Below are positions 62,771 to 64,000 of a stretch of 64,000 nucleotides of DNA, in pieces (within the stretch, counting starts at the first letter, position 1; the number at the start of each line of letters is the position of its first letter). This stretch comes from Octopus sinensis (taxonomy: Eukaryota). The position numbers and the translations under genes were made by a program. The notes beneath the pieces were generated by a model. The model was not told where the DNA came from, ran no database searches, and saw nothing but the letters and a program-made list of their open reading frames with translations. The stretch lies in NCBI RefSeq assembly GCF_006345805.1, contig NC_042998.1:65968001-66032000 (forward strand), read 5' to 3'.

Positions 62771-63606
62771 TATATACATATATTTCTATATAAATTTACA
62801 CACACACAAACATCTATAATATCATGAGCACTCAGTGAGCGCAAATATCCGCCAAGGCTAGATCAACGTCCTCTCATCGATTAACCGGAGATGATTTTTA
62901 AAATGAGAAAATCTGAAATATAATCGACTGCTCTCACAAACGAGAATACTAGAAATGAACCCGGTGGCTCTAAAACGGAAACACAATCCATATATATTGT
63001 CCGGTACATGATCGATATATAATTTTACCTCCCCGAACACCTCTCTCTCTATTGAATGACACTTCTGCTATTCCTCATACTTTACCATTCCCTTAATATT
63101 CAATGACTCTTCTTGTATTCTTAATATAGTTTTTTATTTTTTTCTAAATCCTAACATATAGAAAATAATATTTCTCTAAATATTATAACTATTTCCAACA
63201 GCAATTTAAAAAAAAAAAACATTAAAAAAAAATCTTCCTCTAAATATTATAACTGTATTAAGTAATTTAACCATAACACGTATTTCATAACGTTCGGAAC
63301 TGGAATACTTATTGAACTCACACCCTCATACAATATTACCTCTCACAATTCTCTACCATAAAAAATGCTGGAAACTTAGTATTTTTTCAGATATTATTAT
63401 GCATACCCATATGCACACATGCACACAAATACGTATATGTACATGTACTTACATACATGCACTCACGCACATTTGAATATATTTACATGCGTATACTCGC
63501 CTGCATATACATAGAGATATACTCGTGTTTGCAAGAACACACTAACACAAACATATATGCACACACACACACACAAACACACACACATACACGCGCACAC
63601 ACACAG

Positions 63607-63691
<85 letters not shown>

Positions 63692-63831
63692 CTTATGTAG
63701 GTGTATATATTCATGCATTGTAAACACGCGGACAGGCACATATGCGTATATACGTATATAGAGAGAGATACAGAACTGCAACCCGACACACGCACATTAG
63801 ATACGTGGAGGAGGAGAGGGTGAGTGTTTAT

Positions 63832-63856
63832 TGAATTATTATTATTATTATTATTA

Positions 63857-63923
<67 letters not shown>

Positions 63924-63940
63924 TATCATTATTATTATTT
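63832..63940. repeat. (ATT)n microsatellite
   Basis: Direct reading. Confidence 0.95.
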
Positions 63941-64000
63941 CTCAGTGCTGAATCTTGATACTTCATATTTGGCGCTGTGGGGACATCTCGGTATTATTCT

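Overview
This is AT-rich, microsatellite-saturated eukaryotic DNA. The SINE families and repeat mix look like coleoid cephalopod (Octopus-type) genome; that assignment is from recognition, not a search. I found no intact host gene, rRNA, tRNA gene or CRISPR array. Most long ORFs in the track are simple-repeat artefacts or decayed transposon frames. The window is a layered transposon graveyard: a 2.7-kb CR1-group LINE, R4/Dong, HERO and RTE fragments, five mariner relics, a MITE, a probable Academ relic, several Penelope-like (GIY-YIG) elements and three tRNA-derived SINE families. Four signals stand out. (1) A 2.1-kb Tx1/L1-like retroelement carries only a gag-like CCHC ORF1, has an apparent spliceosomal intron in its 5' UTR, and sits with a 12-bp TSD inside the tRNA-like head of a SINE; a second, diverged relative has the same exon/intron layout at essentially the same SINE position 35 kb away. 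(2) Two unrelated minimal type-I hammerhead ribozyme folds both carry the compensatory U3:A8 core, and more decayed hammerheads lie in Penelope termini. (3) A SINE and the LINE share a 3' tail whose terminal hairpin covaries. (4) A SINE trimer has a 184-bp period. Boundaries of decayed elements were read by eye and are approximate.
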